Positions 1 to 9,798 of a stretch of 64,000 nucleotides of DNA are shown here, piece by piece; within the stretch, counting starts at the first letter, position 1; the number at the start of each line of letters is the position of its first letter. A model generated the notes under the pieces. That model did not search any database. It was given only the letters and a program-made list of their open reading frames with translations, and had not been told where the DNA came from. Origin of the DNA: Armatimonadota bacterium (GTDB lineage Bacteria; Armatimonadota; HRBIN16); assembly GCA_026003195.1 (NCBI GenBank), contig BPGU01000005.1, positions 129,851 to 193,850 on the forward strand. Direction: 5' to 3'. The translations under genes and the position numbers were made by a program.

Positions 1-432
1 GGTGGTGCACCTAAAGCGCCAGGCGGTGCAGGATCGACAGGCGGTGCAGGATCGACAGGCAATAGAGGCTACGGTGAGGATTACAGCTGGGTACACGATT
101 TTGCTCAGGGCTTGAGATCTCATGGTGCCAATCCTTACGTGACGGTAGGTGCCATGTTTGCGGATGATTTGCTTGTGCTCGGATTATCCATAGGAGCTTA
201 TCTGTGGCATCGCAGACGACGCAAGCGTGAGGACGACGATGAGGGCTCTCTCGCCGCTGCAGAGAGCAGACAGTCTCGTGGTACTGGTATAGTGGGCAAC
301 AGTCGCTTTGCGGTGCATGCCGACCCGTTCAGCATCATGCCCGGTGGACATATCCGGTTCCATTCCGATTACCGCAGACCTTCCCAGCACAGACTGAGAC
401 GTATGGAACGCGATATGGAGGGATTGCTCTGA
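1..432 (+). CDS. 3'-end of upstream gene (5'-truncated); C-terminal transmembrane helix (VTVGAMFADDLLVLGLSIGAYLW) followed by a basic RRRRKRE stretch
   Basis: Frame 1 is open from position 1 to the stop at 430-432. An 18-bp tandem repeat (ggcggtgcaggatcgaca x2) encodes GGAGST. The hydrophobic helix plus positive-inside flank was read directly from the translation. Confidence 0.45.
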   Translation, partial: GGAPKAPGGAGSTGGAGSTGNRGYGEDYSWVHDFAQGLRSHGANPYVTVGAMFADDLLVLGLSIGAYLWHRRRRKREDDDEGSLAAAESRQSRGTGIVGNSRFAVHADPFSIMPGGHIRFHSDYRRPSQHRLRRMERDMEGLL

Positions 433-512
433 TAGACGCTCTGCATTCCCAACAACCGCCTCGTACCGGCGCCGGACACCTGTTCCCCATCAAGCCTGAT
501 GCGGGACTGCTG

Positions 513-1025
513 ATGGAAAGGTTCGAGCAACCGGTGATGGCGCTGCTGAAGGCGATCCACGAGACCCGTTCCAGGCTGAACAGGTATCTGCCACAAGAGC
601 ATCTGGTATCGCTTCCCGCAGGTGAATCCGCCCTGCGTGGCACCGTCCGTCGTGTTCAGTCCATGCTGGAGAGCAGAGACCAGTTCGGCTGGCAATGGCG
701 CAAGCAGAACAGACTCTTCCTTCAGCAGATCCAGCCTGTGCCCGCCGAGACGCTTGCGATGAGTTACCTGCCTCTGATGTCTGTGTATCAGTATGCGATG
801 TCCCGGTATTTTGATAAACCAGTGCCGATAGAGGAGCACCAGTACGATGTTATCGGCGAGGGCGTTCCTCCTGTTCCGTCGGTCAACTTCTCGCCGACTG
901 TGCAGTCGAGCACGCCAATACGTTTGGTGTCACGTGCGTACGATGCTCCGTTGACCAGGATGGACAACATCCGTCGTTCGCGAGTGCTTGCCAGATTGAT
1001 GGATTCCGGTCGTGAGAGGATATGA
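513..1025 (+). CDS. hypothetical protein (170 aa)
   Basis: ORF with protein-like composition, co-directional with the virion module. Confidence 0.5.
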   Translation: MERFEQPVMALLKAIHETRSRLNRYLPQEHLVSLPAGESALRGTVRRVQSMLESRDQFGWQWRKQNRLFLQQIQPVPAETLAMSYLPLMSVYQYAMSRYFDKPVPIEEHQYDVIGEGVPPVPSVNFSPTVQSSTPIRLVSRAYDAPLTRMDNIRRSRVLARLMDSGRERI

Positions 1026-1438
1026 GCAAAGAGACCACGCAGATACTGGATATGACTGTGCGTCAGGGCTCCCTGATGCCCGTGATATGGCAGGTGGTGG
1101 CTGTAGAGGGATCCGAGCAGGTGCACCTGCGCGGTAAGGTCATTCGCGTATTGATACGCGATACCGGCGTGCCGGAATACATCTCGGCCACCGTTCCCAG
1201 ATCGCGCATCCACGGCGGTCTGTACTTCATCCAGCCCGGCGTGATGCTGGTAAGCGCCCCTTACGGCAGTGACTGGTTACCTTCCGGTGGTGACTTGCAG
1301 TATGTTGCTGCGCCCATCGGTTTTGCCGATGCCGGAGTGCCTCAAGCCCCCACTGCCGGAACGCGGCGAGTTCTACTCCTGGTCTTATGTGGCTCAGATA
1401 GAGAACCACCGCCAGTTCTTTGTGCTCGCCACAGATGA
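1022..1438 (+). CDS. hypothetical protein (138 aa); its 3' part overlaps the start of the giant ORF in another frame
   Basis: The N-terminal two-thirds are protein-like. The last ~55 codons, which overlap the 1269 ORF, are low-complexity. Possible tail-assembly-chaperone-like overlap. Confidence 0.35.
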   Translation: MSKETTQILDMTVRQGSLMPVIWQVVAVEGSEQVHLRGKVIRVLIRDTGVPEYISATVPRSRIHGGLYFIQPGVMLVSAPYGSDWLPSGGDLQYVAAPIGFADAGVPQAPTAGTRRVLLLVLCGSDREPPPVLCARHR

Positions 1439-4400
1439 ATACACATCGAAGGTGGAGGGCGAGATCATCAGGGGTCAGGGCGGTCGTACGGGACGGGTGC
1501 AGATAGTGGTCGGTCAGCCTGCATCGCCGCGCGTGAAGCAGACGCTGATGAGTCGTTCCGAGTTTACCGCTAAGAGGAACGTGCGTCGCTACCATCCCTA
1601 TCGGGACGAGTTTGAGGCGCCGGTGATGTCCGAATGGACTTCTCTGGTTCCACCGCTGATGTTCGTGCCCGAGCTGATGGAGAACGAGAGCTATACTCTG
1701 CTAGGCTATGTGAGTATCCAGGTACCTCCACAGTCCATCCAGATCCGCAGGGAGCACGAGGTGGAGACCCAGCCGGTGTTGAGGTCTTCTACACTGCACA
1801 AGTCCGTTCGGGCGAACCTGACACATGAGTGGACGATGCAGTTCGTTGTGGAGGGCGAGGATATCAACAACAGGCTGGTGCCACTGCTCCGGCAGATAGA
1901 CCGGTGTCCGTTCCTGCCCATTGTGAACATCATGTTCAACCAGATGGGCATCACCGAGGTGGTTGTGGAGAGCGTGGAGATCTCCACCATACAGGACTAT
2001 CCGAACGCCCTGCAGGTTCAGCTCTCCGGCAGGAAGTTCGATACCGGCGGACTCGGCTTCATGATGCCGTTCGGTCTCAACTTCAACTGGCCGCTGTTCA
2101 AACTGTACACGGACTACCTGCCCCGATTCCTGCCCATAGATATTCCGATGAACGGCAAGGTGCAGTTGCTGGTGCCGAGCGACGAGTACATCGCGCAGGT
2201 GCTGGACAGGTTCTTTGAGACGGGCAGGATCGGTGAGAAGCTCGGATTCGCTCCTGGCGGTGGCTCGTCACCAACGGTAACGGTACCGCCGGAGATACTT
2301 ACGCAGCCGAACATCGGACATTTTGCGCTGCTCTCGCTACCGGATGATCCGAACCGTGTCGGTCGGTATGAGGTCGTCCGTGTAGATAACCCCAGGCATT
2401 TCAAGCATCTGGCACGTGCGGTAATGGACGGTGTTGTGGAGGGGCTGGAAGCCAGATCCATCACCGTTTCAGGGGGCGATGTGCAGATCTCGCGCGGTGT
2501 CATCCCGAACAGCGAGCTGGAGCGTCTTATCCGCAACGTGGATAGCGGTAAGCAGGGGCTGGCCCGGTCTGCGATGGAGAGCGTTGCCTTCTGCTGGCGC
2601 ATGGATTCCATCGGTAAGGTCTCCCGGTCCGAGCTGAACTCCACGCTCTCCAGAGTGCTGAACGCCACCTTCCAGAGCAAGCCCAGAGAGCGTGCCAGAT
2701 CAGCCGGTCCGGTATCGGACGGCGTGCCCAGGGCAGTGGATAAGCCCGATATGGTTCCTTTCCTGCCGGAAGGTTTGAACGTGGTCTGGCAGTCCGTATC
2801 GGTTGGATTCTCCAATATCGTGTCGGCGTTGAGACGCGATGTGGGCGACCCTGTGATGCAGTATCTGGGCAAATCGGACATCACCATCGTGCTTCAGGGC
2901 GTCGCCGATGCGGAAGGTCTATCCGTGTTACGCTCGCTGTTTGACCGGTTCATCGCCATCACCTACCTGTTAAGGGGCATCAGCTTCATCCAGCCCATAC
3001 GCATCCATTTCCGGATAGAGAACGAGATAGCGCGGCTGATGGGATTGGAGGAGGTGGTGCCCATCTCGCTGGACGTACACAATCTGGAGGGCAGCCCGGA
3101 CGCTTATGTAGTGACACTGACGTTTGTGAGCATGGACCCTGGCGGTGTGCAGCGTCGTGCCATGCGCAGACTCTCGGACAATATCACGCGCTCCGAATCC
3201 ATGTTCACGCTCACCTATTCCGGACTGGACGCCTCAAAGGAGCTGGACAGGTTGACCGCGGCGCTCAGACGGAGCGAGCTCTATCCGGACTTGAGGTTGC
3301 CCACGTACGGTCTGTTGCTGGAGTGGTGTCGCGCTCTGGCTTATAACCAGGGCATGGCACGCGACTTTGTGAACGAATCCCTGCGCGGACTGGCGCCTGG
3401 ACTGGAGCCGCAATATTATGAGCGATATGTGGCCAGCATACGTCGCGAGATGGCGCGGTTCCTCAGGGAGATCGGAGAGACCGGCCTGGTCAACCGCATG
3501 AGTCGTACCCCGTACGTGTTCGCCGATCCGGACTTCTTCTTCCATGATGGCAACGGTATCGGTTCCATCATCCGCCGTTCTATCCGGCAGCAGTTGTCCA
3601 GAGGCGCCGATACCGATGTGGTGGCGTATGACGATACCGGCGTGCAGGCTTCCATCACGGGCAACAGCGGTCGGTACAACGTTGCCATACACGATTCGCA
3701 CCAGTCGCTGGCGCAGTCCCTGCAAGAGGTGGCACGGCGCACGGTGGTCAATCATCCGTCTCTGGTTCACAGGGAGCAGGATATGTCCGAGTTGAACAGC
3801 TCCATCCTGCAGTCCTTTGTGGACCTGTCTGCAGAGTCTGCCGGTGTCTCCGAGGATCCGCTGGCGGCATCTGCGAGAGACCAGTCCGGCGCCTATCGGG
3901 AGTTCAGCGACAGGTTCAGGGATGCTTATGCCATCAAACGCAGTGATATCCTCATGCGCTACGATTACGATGTGCGGGACGATTCGCCTGCGCAGATGGT
4001 ATCGCAGCTGGAGAACGGTTCCATCAACCAGATGTATCTGGCCGCTCAGGCGCTACGTCAGCTCTTTGAAGGCAGGTCCGAGATAGACTTCCGTGAAGCC
4101 GCCCCTGTATCCGGTGTAGCCGGTGGCGTGATGCGCATCATCGACAGCGCGGTGGATTCGATGGTGCAACAGGCGGCTAATCCGCCGCTGGACAAGAGTT
4201 TCAAGGTGACCAACGCCGCCACGGACGCTCAGGTTCCCGCCACGTGGACGGTTGTGTGGAAGCCGGTACGCTGGGGACTTACCGTGCGAGTGTTGAGGCT
4301 GGTCGCGCCCAAACTCAAATCGTTCATGATGGGCATGATTGAACAGGAGTCCGGTTTCAATCCGTTCGCGGACTCCGGCAAGGCTTACGGTATCGGTCAG

Positions 4401-7400
4401 TTCACCGACGCCACGTGGAACGGTCTGCTCTCCAGCGGGAGGTTCGGCATCTATCTGCTCCGGGGCGGTCAGCGTAACTCGCCAGTCTCCGGTCCGGGCA
4501 GATGGGACGCGGCTACCATCATGAGTCTCTATTACCTGATGGAGCTGGTTACCGATGCGGTGTATAACGTGGTAGGCAAGGACGAACAGGTCCGTGATGA
4601 CTTTGCCGAGTATCTCTGTTTTGACCAGCCCGGTCTCAAGGCGAAGGTGAAGTCGGATCCGACCGCCGTGTTGAACGCGCCGGCGGGCTCCTCCGTTGCC
4701 GAGCGGTTACTGGTGCTCGGAGCCTGTCTGTACAACGCCGGACCGCAGGCTCTGCGTTCGGTGTTGAGGCAACTCGCTTCCAATGTGCGTTCGGGCAAAC
4801 GGGGCGCATCGTTGTTTGCGGTATCCCGAACGGACAGAGACCATGGCAGACTGGTCTATGAGCGGTATCAGAAGTGGTTGTCCAGATTGCCTTCAGGCGG
4901 TTCCGCAGGGATGACGTCGCAGCATCAGGAGGTATCGCATGTGAGCGGAGTCAATCCGACTTACTCGCCTGCGGTGCTTCGCCGGCCGGAGTATCAGCTA
5001 CCGGAGAACGCCGGTGATCCGTTCTACGATGTGCATAACGTCAAGAACTTCCCGCTCCTGCAGCTCACCGGCTGGTCGGATATGGCAAGGCATCAGCCTC
5101 ACGGCAGACTGCTCCAGTGTTTCCCCACCTACTGCATGTTGCTGGTTCAGGGCGGGCGCTGGGTACGCTGGACACGGTTCTGGGACCACTTCTACGGGCT
5201 GTTCTCCGTGATGTCCATCGATGTGCACAAGTCCAGAGAGAGTCCGCAGCATACGGCGGAGATCATCCTGGCGAACTCGTATCGGCAGCTCAGTAACCTG
5301 ACGGTCACGCAGGCTTACGCTCAGGCGGCTATAGCGGGCATGAGACCGTTCCAGTATGTGCAGGGCGAGGAGTTGATGCGCGGTAGCACCGGCAGCGACG
5401 CCACCGATTTCCTGGTGCAGCTGGTGAAGTCTGTGCAGAACTCGCTATTCCCGTTGCTGGGCGATTATGAGCGTCACGTCTGGAACCAGGAGATGAAGGC
5501 GCTCTTCCTGCATCCTGGCGAGCGTGTGCATCTGAGGATCGGTTATGGAGCCGATGCGGCGGCGTTACCGGTGGTCTTTAACGGTACCATCGCCAGCGTG
5601 GATATACAGGGCAGCGTCATCCGCATGCTGGCGCTCGGTGATGGGCGCGAGTTCCTGCGCGAGATCGCCACAGAAGGTCAGCCCTACAAGAACTCCAACC
5701 TGCTTGGGCAGACGGTAGAGGTGCGCAATATCCTGATAGATATGCTCGTATCCAGACGGGCGGACTCCATACCGGTTATCGGACCGGTGGTGTACACCTT
5801 CTCGGCGGGCGGTCTGCTCAACGATTCCCGGTTCGGTATAGAGAGCTTCGGTCGCATCGAGGCGCTTGCAGGTTCCACCGTCTTGCAGGACGTGAAGTCC
5901 GGTAACGTGAGTGTGCGCACTTTCAAGATACTGGGCATGGCCAGCTTCCAGGCGGGTGAGGGCGAGGTCGGTGTCAACATCTACAACAGTCAGCGTGATT
6001 CCAGCAATATCAGCATCGGCATGTTGCCTTTGCTGGACACGCTCACGCTGGGACTGTCCCAGATGGCACGCAACGGAGACTATATCGCCATCGAGTTGAA
6101 GCAGGGCACGGTATGGGACGTGTTCCGCAACTGCCAGCTGGCGGTGCTGGATGCTCTGATGAGCGTGGAGCCGTTCGGTTTGAGGAGCACTCTGTTCTTT
6201 GGACGCGGTAACCAGGCGTTGCATTACGATTACTACGATGCCGCCCAGATTGAGGCGCTCGGCTTGCCCGATGTGGCTTCGCATATCGCGCTCGGTGGAT
6301 ACTGGCGCATCATGAAGTTCAAGCAGTATCGGCAGTATCATCTGGCGGTATCCGAATGGAACCTCATTGCGAACGAGTTGACCGCATCGTCCGAGCGCAT
6401 GTGGAACGAGGTACAGAGTTTTGACGCGGAGGGCGTGCCCGGCAACAAGTTCACATTCGACCCGGCGATAGTGCCTGAGGAGCGCAAGCCTCTCTCTTTC
6501 CACTCCGCGTTGTCCACCACGCTCATGTCGCAGCTGTCGCTCGGTGCCGAGAGCAACTGGATATCCGTGCTCGCCAGGATAGGTATCGTGCGTAACCTGA
6601 TAGGGGAACGCGCCGGGCTGGCGATGCCTATTCGTGCGGTGAACAACGTGTCCGCCAACCTGGTGCGCGAGGGCGTGTCGCTCATGTATGACGGTTCCAT
6701 CGTGCTGGCAGGCGCGGCGGAGATTAAACCTCACGATTTCCTGTTCATCAGCGACCAGCTCCGCGCCATGCAGGGCACTGTGGTGGTGCGTGAGGTAGAG
6801 CATCACTTCTCCACGCAGCACGGTTATACCACGCTGATAGTGCCCGATGCGTGCGTGCTCGGTAACGGCGACCTGGACACCATCAACATCGTGCAGGCTT
6901 CCAAACAGGCGTGGAACCTCATACAGTTCTACCGGATGCGATCGGAGTTGTTGCTGATATATCGTTGCTATCTGATGGGCGTTCTGTACGGCGCCTCCAT
7001 GGCGCTTGGCAGGTTGCGGTTCATCACGCGCAGGATACCGGGCGCGGACAGGATGATGGACCGGTTCCTGGCGCTCATGTCGTCCGGTATGCAGCGGTTG
7101 AAGCCCACCAGGCAAGAGGTATGGAAGCTGGTGGTGAATGCGTTCAACTCGTCCCGCTACCTTGCCAATGACTTCTTTGGCACGCTGTTCCACGGCGCGT
7201 GGACGGTGAGAAGTATGGCGGACACACTGCGCGGTCTGGCGCTGGACAGTCTCGGTGCGGTTCGGTCACTGCTCAGTGGGCGCGGTATAGAGGCGTTCGG
7301 TAACGTGGCGTCCGCCGTGCAGAGACTCGCCGGACTGGGTGCAGCCAGACCGATATTTGCACTGCGTAACGTCGCTTCGGCTGTGGTCAAAGCGGTGGGC

Positions 7401-8324
7401 ACGCGCGGTAACCTGTTGTTGCTGTTGACTGGCGGAATCGTGGAGATGGTCAATCGCAAGCTGAACAGTTACTACTGTTGTCGTCTGTATCCGGTGCGCG
7501 TGAACGGGATGCCCCTGACCGCTGGTATACGCGGTCACTTTGGCACGGTGGAGGGCGACGATCCGGCGCCGATGCAGCGCGTGATGGATATCCTGACTCT
7601 GCAGGGGCTGAACATAGAGGAGCAGTCCCCTGCCGTTCTCAAAATGGGCGCCTCGCTGGTGAAGTTGTTGTGGCCGTTACAGCGCAACGTGAAGGCGACG
7701 CCAGGCACGGCGGACGAGGAGCTGGAGAACGCCAGACAGCAGTTCGAGCGACGCAGCCGATACGACATGATGGGCGTGTTCGGTAGCGTGGCGGAGATCT
7801 ATGGAGTGTCCGCTCCCACGTTACGGGAGGGTTCGGACGAGCTGGTGCGGCGTGAGCCGTTCCGCAGGAGCACGGTAGGCTACGCCCGTGGTGATGATCC
7901 CGCCAAGGGCGACTATCTCCTGGACTACATGCAGCCTCAGGCTTCGGCGATACTGAGGCAGCTGGTTCAGGAGCTCAGGCGACGCGGGGTGCAGGTGGCC
8001 ATCCATCAGGGCAGGCGTTCGCTGGAGGAACAGCGCAGACTCTATGCCCAGTTGCAGAGCGGGCAGCGTGGCAAAGCGGTTGCCAAACCGACGCCCGGTG
8101 CGCCTCATGTGTCCGGTAGAGCGATAGATGTGCAGTACAGGTATCCGGACGGCACATACCGGAGCTCACCGCCTCCTGACCAGGAGCGCATCATCCTGCA
8201 GGTGGTGCGGGAGTTCAACGTGCGGTACGCGCCTGCAAAGGTGCGCTGGCTGGGCGATCGCAGTCGGTATTCGGGCAGCGTGTATGAGCCCTGGCACTTT
8301 GACGTCTCCTTGCCTGGAAGCTAG
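1269..8324 (+). CDS. giant virion protein (2351 aa), tape-measure-like, with an internal lytic transglycosylase (SLT) domain and a C-terminal M15 (VanY / L-Ala-D-Glu peptidase-like) zinc peptidase domain
   Basis: SLT signature MMGMIEQESGFNPFADSGKAYGIGQFTDATW (nt ~4324-4440) with catalytic Glu in the EQES context. C-terminal HQGRRSLEEQRRLY...HVSGRAIDV...EPWHFD (nt ~7990-8310) matches the H-x(6)-D...H zinc ligands of M15 peptidases. Position ahead of baseplate-like genes supports the call. The exact start is uncertain (candidates at 1269, 1548, 1626). Confidence 0.8.
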   Translation: MTGYLPVVTCSMLLRPSVLPMPECLKPPLPERGEFYSWSYVAQIENHRQFFVLATDEYTSKVEGEIIRGQGGRTGRVQIVVGQPASPRVKQTLMSRSEFTAKRNVRRYHPYRDEFEAPVMSEWTSLVPPLMFVPELMENESYTLLGYVSIQVPPQSIQIRREHEVETQPVLRSSTLHKSVRANLTHEWTMQFVVEGEDINNRLVPLLRQIDRCPFLPIVNIMFNQMGITEVVVESVEISTIQDYPNALQVQLSGRKFDTGGLGFMMPFGLNFNWPLFKLYTDYLPRFLPIDIPMNGKVQLLVPSDEYIAQVLDRFFETGRIGEKLGFAPGGGSSPTVTVPPEILTQPNIGHFALLSLPDDPNRVGRYEVVRVDNPRHFKHLARAVMDGVVEGLEARSITVSGGDVQISRGVIPNSELERLIRNVDSGKQGLARSAMESVAFCWRMDSIGKVSRSELNSTLSRVLNATFQSKPRERARSAGPVSDGVPRAVDKPDMVPFLPEGLNVVWQSVSVGFSNIVSALRRDVGDPVMQYLGKSDITIVLQGVADAEGLSVLRSLFDRFIAITYLLRGISFIQPIRIHFRIENEIARLMGLEEVVPISLDVHNLEGSPDAYVVTLTFVSMDPGGVQRRAMRRLSDNITRSESMFTLTYSGLDASKELDRLTAALRRSELYPDLRLPTYGLLLEWCRALAYNQGMARDFVNESLRGLAPGLEPQYYERYVASIRREMARFLREIGETGLVNRMSRTPYVFADPDFFFHDGNGIGSIIRRSIRQQLSRGADTDVVAYDDTGVQASITGNSGRYNVAIHDSHQSLAQSLQEVARRTVVNHPSLVHREQDMSELNSSILQSFVDLSAESAGVSEDPLAASARDQSGAYREFSDRFRDAYAIKRSDILMRYDYDVRDDSPAQMVSQLENGSINQMYLAAQALRQLFEGRSEIDFREAAPVSGVAGGVMRIIDSAVDSMVQQAANPPLDKSFKVTNAATDAQVPATWTVVWKPVRWGLTVRVLRLVAPKLKSFMMGMIEQESGFNPFADSGKAYGIGQFTDATWNGLLSSGRFGIYLLRGGQRNSPVSGPGRWDAATIMSLYYLMELVTDAVYNVVGKDEQVRDDFAEYLCFDQPGLKAKVKSDPTAVLNAPAGSSVAERLLVLGACLYNAGPQALRSVLRQLASNVRSGKRGASLFAVSRTDRDHGRLVYERYQKWLSRLPSGGSAGMTSQHQEVSHVSGVNPTYSPAVLRRPEYQLPENAGDPFYDVHNVKNFPLLQLTGWSDMARHQPHGRLLQCFPTYCMLLVQGGRWVRWTRFWDHFYGLFSVMSIDVHKSRESPQHTAEIILANSYRQLSNLTVTQAYAQAAIAGMRPFQYVQGEELMRGSTGSDATDFLVQLVKSVQNSLFPLLGDYERHVWNQEMKALFLHPGERVHLRIGYGADAAALPVVFNGTIASVDIQGSVIRMLALGDGREFLREIATEGQPYKNSNLLGQTVEVRNILIDMLVSRRADSIPVIGPVVYTFSAGGLLNDSRFGIESFGRIEALAGSTVLQDVKSGNVSVRTFKILGMASFQAGEGEVGVNIYNSQRDSSNISIGMLPLLDTLTLGLSQMARNGDYIAIELKQGTVWDVFRNCQLAVLDALMSVEPFGLRSTLFFGRGNQALHYDYYDAAQIEALGLPDVASHIALGGYWRIMKFKQYRQYHLAVSEWNLIANELTASSERMWNEVQSFDAEGVPGNKFTFDPAIVPEERKPLSFHSALSTTLMSQLSLGAESNWISVLARIGIVRNLIGERAGLAMPIRAVNNVSANLVREGVSLMYDGSIVLAGAAEIKPHDFLFISDQLRAMQGTVVVREVEHHFSTQHGYTTLIVPDACVLGNGDLDTINIVQASKQAWNLIQFYRMRSELLLIYRCYLMGVLYGASMALGRLRFITRRIPGADRMMDRFLALMSSGMQRLKPTRQEVWKLVVNAFNSSRYLANDFFGTLFHGAWTVRSMADTLRGLALDSLGAVRSLLSGRGIEAFGNVASAVQRLAGLGAARPIFALRNVASAVVKAVGTRGNLLLLLTGGIVEMVNRKLNSYYCCRLYPVRVNGMPLTAGIRGHFGTVEGDDPAPMQRVMDILTLQGLNIEEQSPAVLKMGASLVKLLWPLQRNVKATPGTADEELENARQQFERRSRYDMMGVFGSVAEIYGVSAPTLREGSDELVRREPFRRSTVGYARGDDPAKGDYLLDYMQPQASAILRQLVQELRRRGVQVAIHQGRRSLEEQRRLYAQLQSGQRGKAVAKPTPGAPHVSGRAIDVQYRYPDGTYRSSPPPDQERIILQVVREFNVRYAPAKVRWLGDRSRYSGSVYEPWHFDVSLPGS

Positions 8325-8350
8325 TGCCAATTAGTTTAAGGAGTGATGTT

Positions 8351-8740
8351 ATGCTATCCGGTTCCATCAAGAGGCAGATAGGTCAGTCCGTTCAGAACAC
8401 CTGCACTTCTGTGGCGGCGGAGGTGTTCGGCGATCCCATTCGCATGCCGGACGGCACCTATCAGGTGGTGGTGGAGATGATAGGTGGCGGTTACGGCGGT
8501 CGTTCCACGCTGGTGGCGGTGTACACGGACCAGCAGACGGGGGTGACCGGTGCGAGTTTAAAGAGCGGCGATCTGGTGCTCGTCTCGTTTGACGAGAAGG
8601 GGAGCGCCTCGCCCCGTATCACCAGCGTCATCTCCAGATACACCGCTTTCAGCAACCAGAGCATCCGCAGTCGCCCTGCGGTGTCCGATGCAACTCGTGC
8701 GGACACCACATCGATGATGGTGGTAGGTGGTGCGCCATGA
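8351..8740 (+). CDS. hypothetical protein (129 aa)
   Basis: ATG at 8351 with AAGGAG 8 nt upstream. The ORF-track alternative start is at 8324. Confidence 0.5.
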   Translation: MLSGSIKRQIGQSVQNTCTSVAAEVFGDPIRMPDGTYQVVVEMIGGGYGGRSTLVAVYTDQQTGVTGASLKSGDLVLVSFDEKGSASPRITSVISRYTAFSNQSIRSRPAVSDATRADTTSMMVVGGAP

Positions 8741-8782
8741 GTGCCGGAGGTGGTGCGCCATGAGTGCCGGAGGTGTTATGCC

Positions 8783-9352
8783 ATGACGCTGGCGGAGAGT
8801 CTGGATGCACTGTTCGAGTTGATGGAGCGAAGCGAGCGGGATGTGGCGGTAGCGCAGGGCGACGAGCTGGTGGTAGCGCATCCGCAGGGCAGGCACGGAC
8901 TGTTTGTGCGGGACGGCGGGTTCGTGGATATAGCGTCCGGCACTCAGGTAGTCGGACTGAACAGCATGGGACTGGTTGCGGACCTGAACGTGCTGGACTG
9001 CAGGGCGTCGGTGGTGTCGATCAACACGCAGTCGCTGTGGATAAACACGTTGCCTGGCGGGTTAATAGTGGACGGATACGCCGCCGACGCAGGTATCCTG
9101 CATGGCGAGTTGATAGGTCGCTATCTGCGGGACGCGAAGGTGGTTATCACCAGAGGTTCGCTGAAGCAGATCCAGAAGGCGCGTGGTGATAAGGCTTCCA
9201 GTCCCGTAGAGTCCCCGGTCTGTCAGGAATGTCCCAATCTGGTATCGGTGCCGTTGTCCAGCCTCATCGAGCCGTTCGGCTGGAGCAGACCGCTGGATGC
9301 GAAGTTGCTCAGCAGGTTCAATCAGGTATTGAACAGGGTGAGAGGGCTATGA
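8783..9352 (+). CDS. hypothetical protein (189 aa)
   Basis: ATG 8783 (MTLAESLDALF) preceded by GGAGGTG. Upstream there is a 24-bp tandem duplication. Confidence 0.5.
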   Translation: MTLAESLDALFELMERSERDVAVAQGDELVVAHPQGRHGLFVRDGGFVDIASGTQVVGLNSMGLVADLNVLDCRASVVSINTQSLWINTLPGGLIVDGYAADAGILHGELIGRYLRDAKVVITRGSLKQIQKARGDKASSPVESPVCQECPNLVSVPLSSLIEPFGWSRPLDAKLLSRFNQVLNRVRGL

Positions 9353-9798
9353 GAGACCTTACTATCCAGACGGCGCGTGTGGACCGGTTTGTAGATATCC
9401 AGCTGGAGCCGAACGGTGATCTCAAGCTGTTACCGAACGGCGACCTTGCGCTGGATGACGATATAGACGCGGTGGAGCAGGCTATCCGCTGGCGGCTGTT
9501 GACGGAGCTGGGCAGCTGGTATCTGGAGCCGGAGTGCGGTAGCGAGATACTCTCCTTTGCAGGGCGACCGAACTCGCCGGAGACGGCGCAGCTGGTGGAG
9601 TCGGAGATATACAGGGCGCTCTCTCATGACGGCTTCATCATGCCCGATGAGATAGAGATACATACCGCGCCTCTGGACGCCAGTCGGATGACGGTGATCC
9701 TGATGGTGCGGGAGGCGCTCGGTGTGGAACGCGCAGCCTTCCAGTTTGAACTGAACCTCATATCTGGAGAGCTTACGGGATGGCAGAGAATCGCTTGA
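9351..9798 (+). CDS. baseplate protein, GpW/gp25-like (149 aa)
   Basis: Size, position after the TMP-like gene, and a pattern (LKLLPNGDLALDDD...AIRWRLLTELGSWYLEPECGSEI) resembling the GPW_gp25 family. Confidence 0.45.

Noticed and set aside
5565-7193. 542-aa minus-strand ORF
   Set aside because: It is antisense to the strongly supported giant SLT/M15 gene. Its His/Arg/Gln-rich composition is typical of antisense frames in GC-rich coding DNA.
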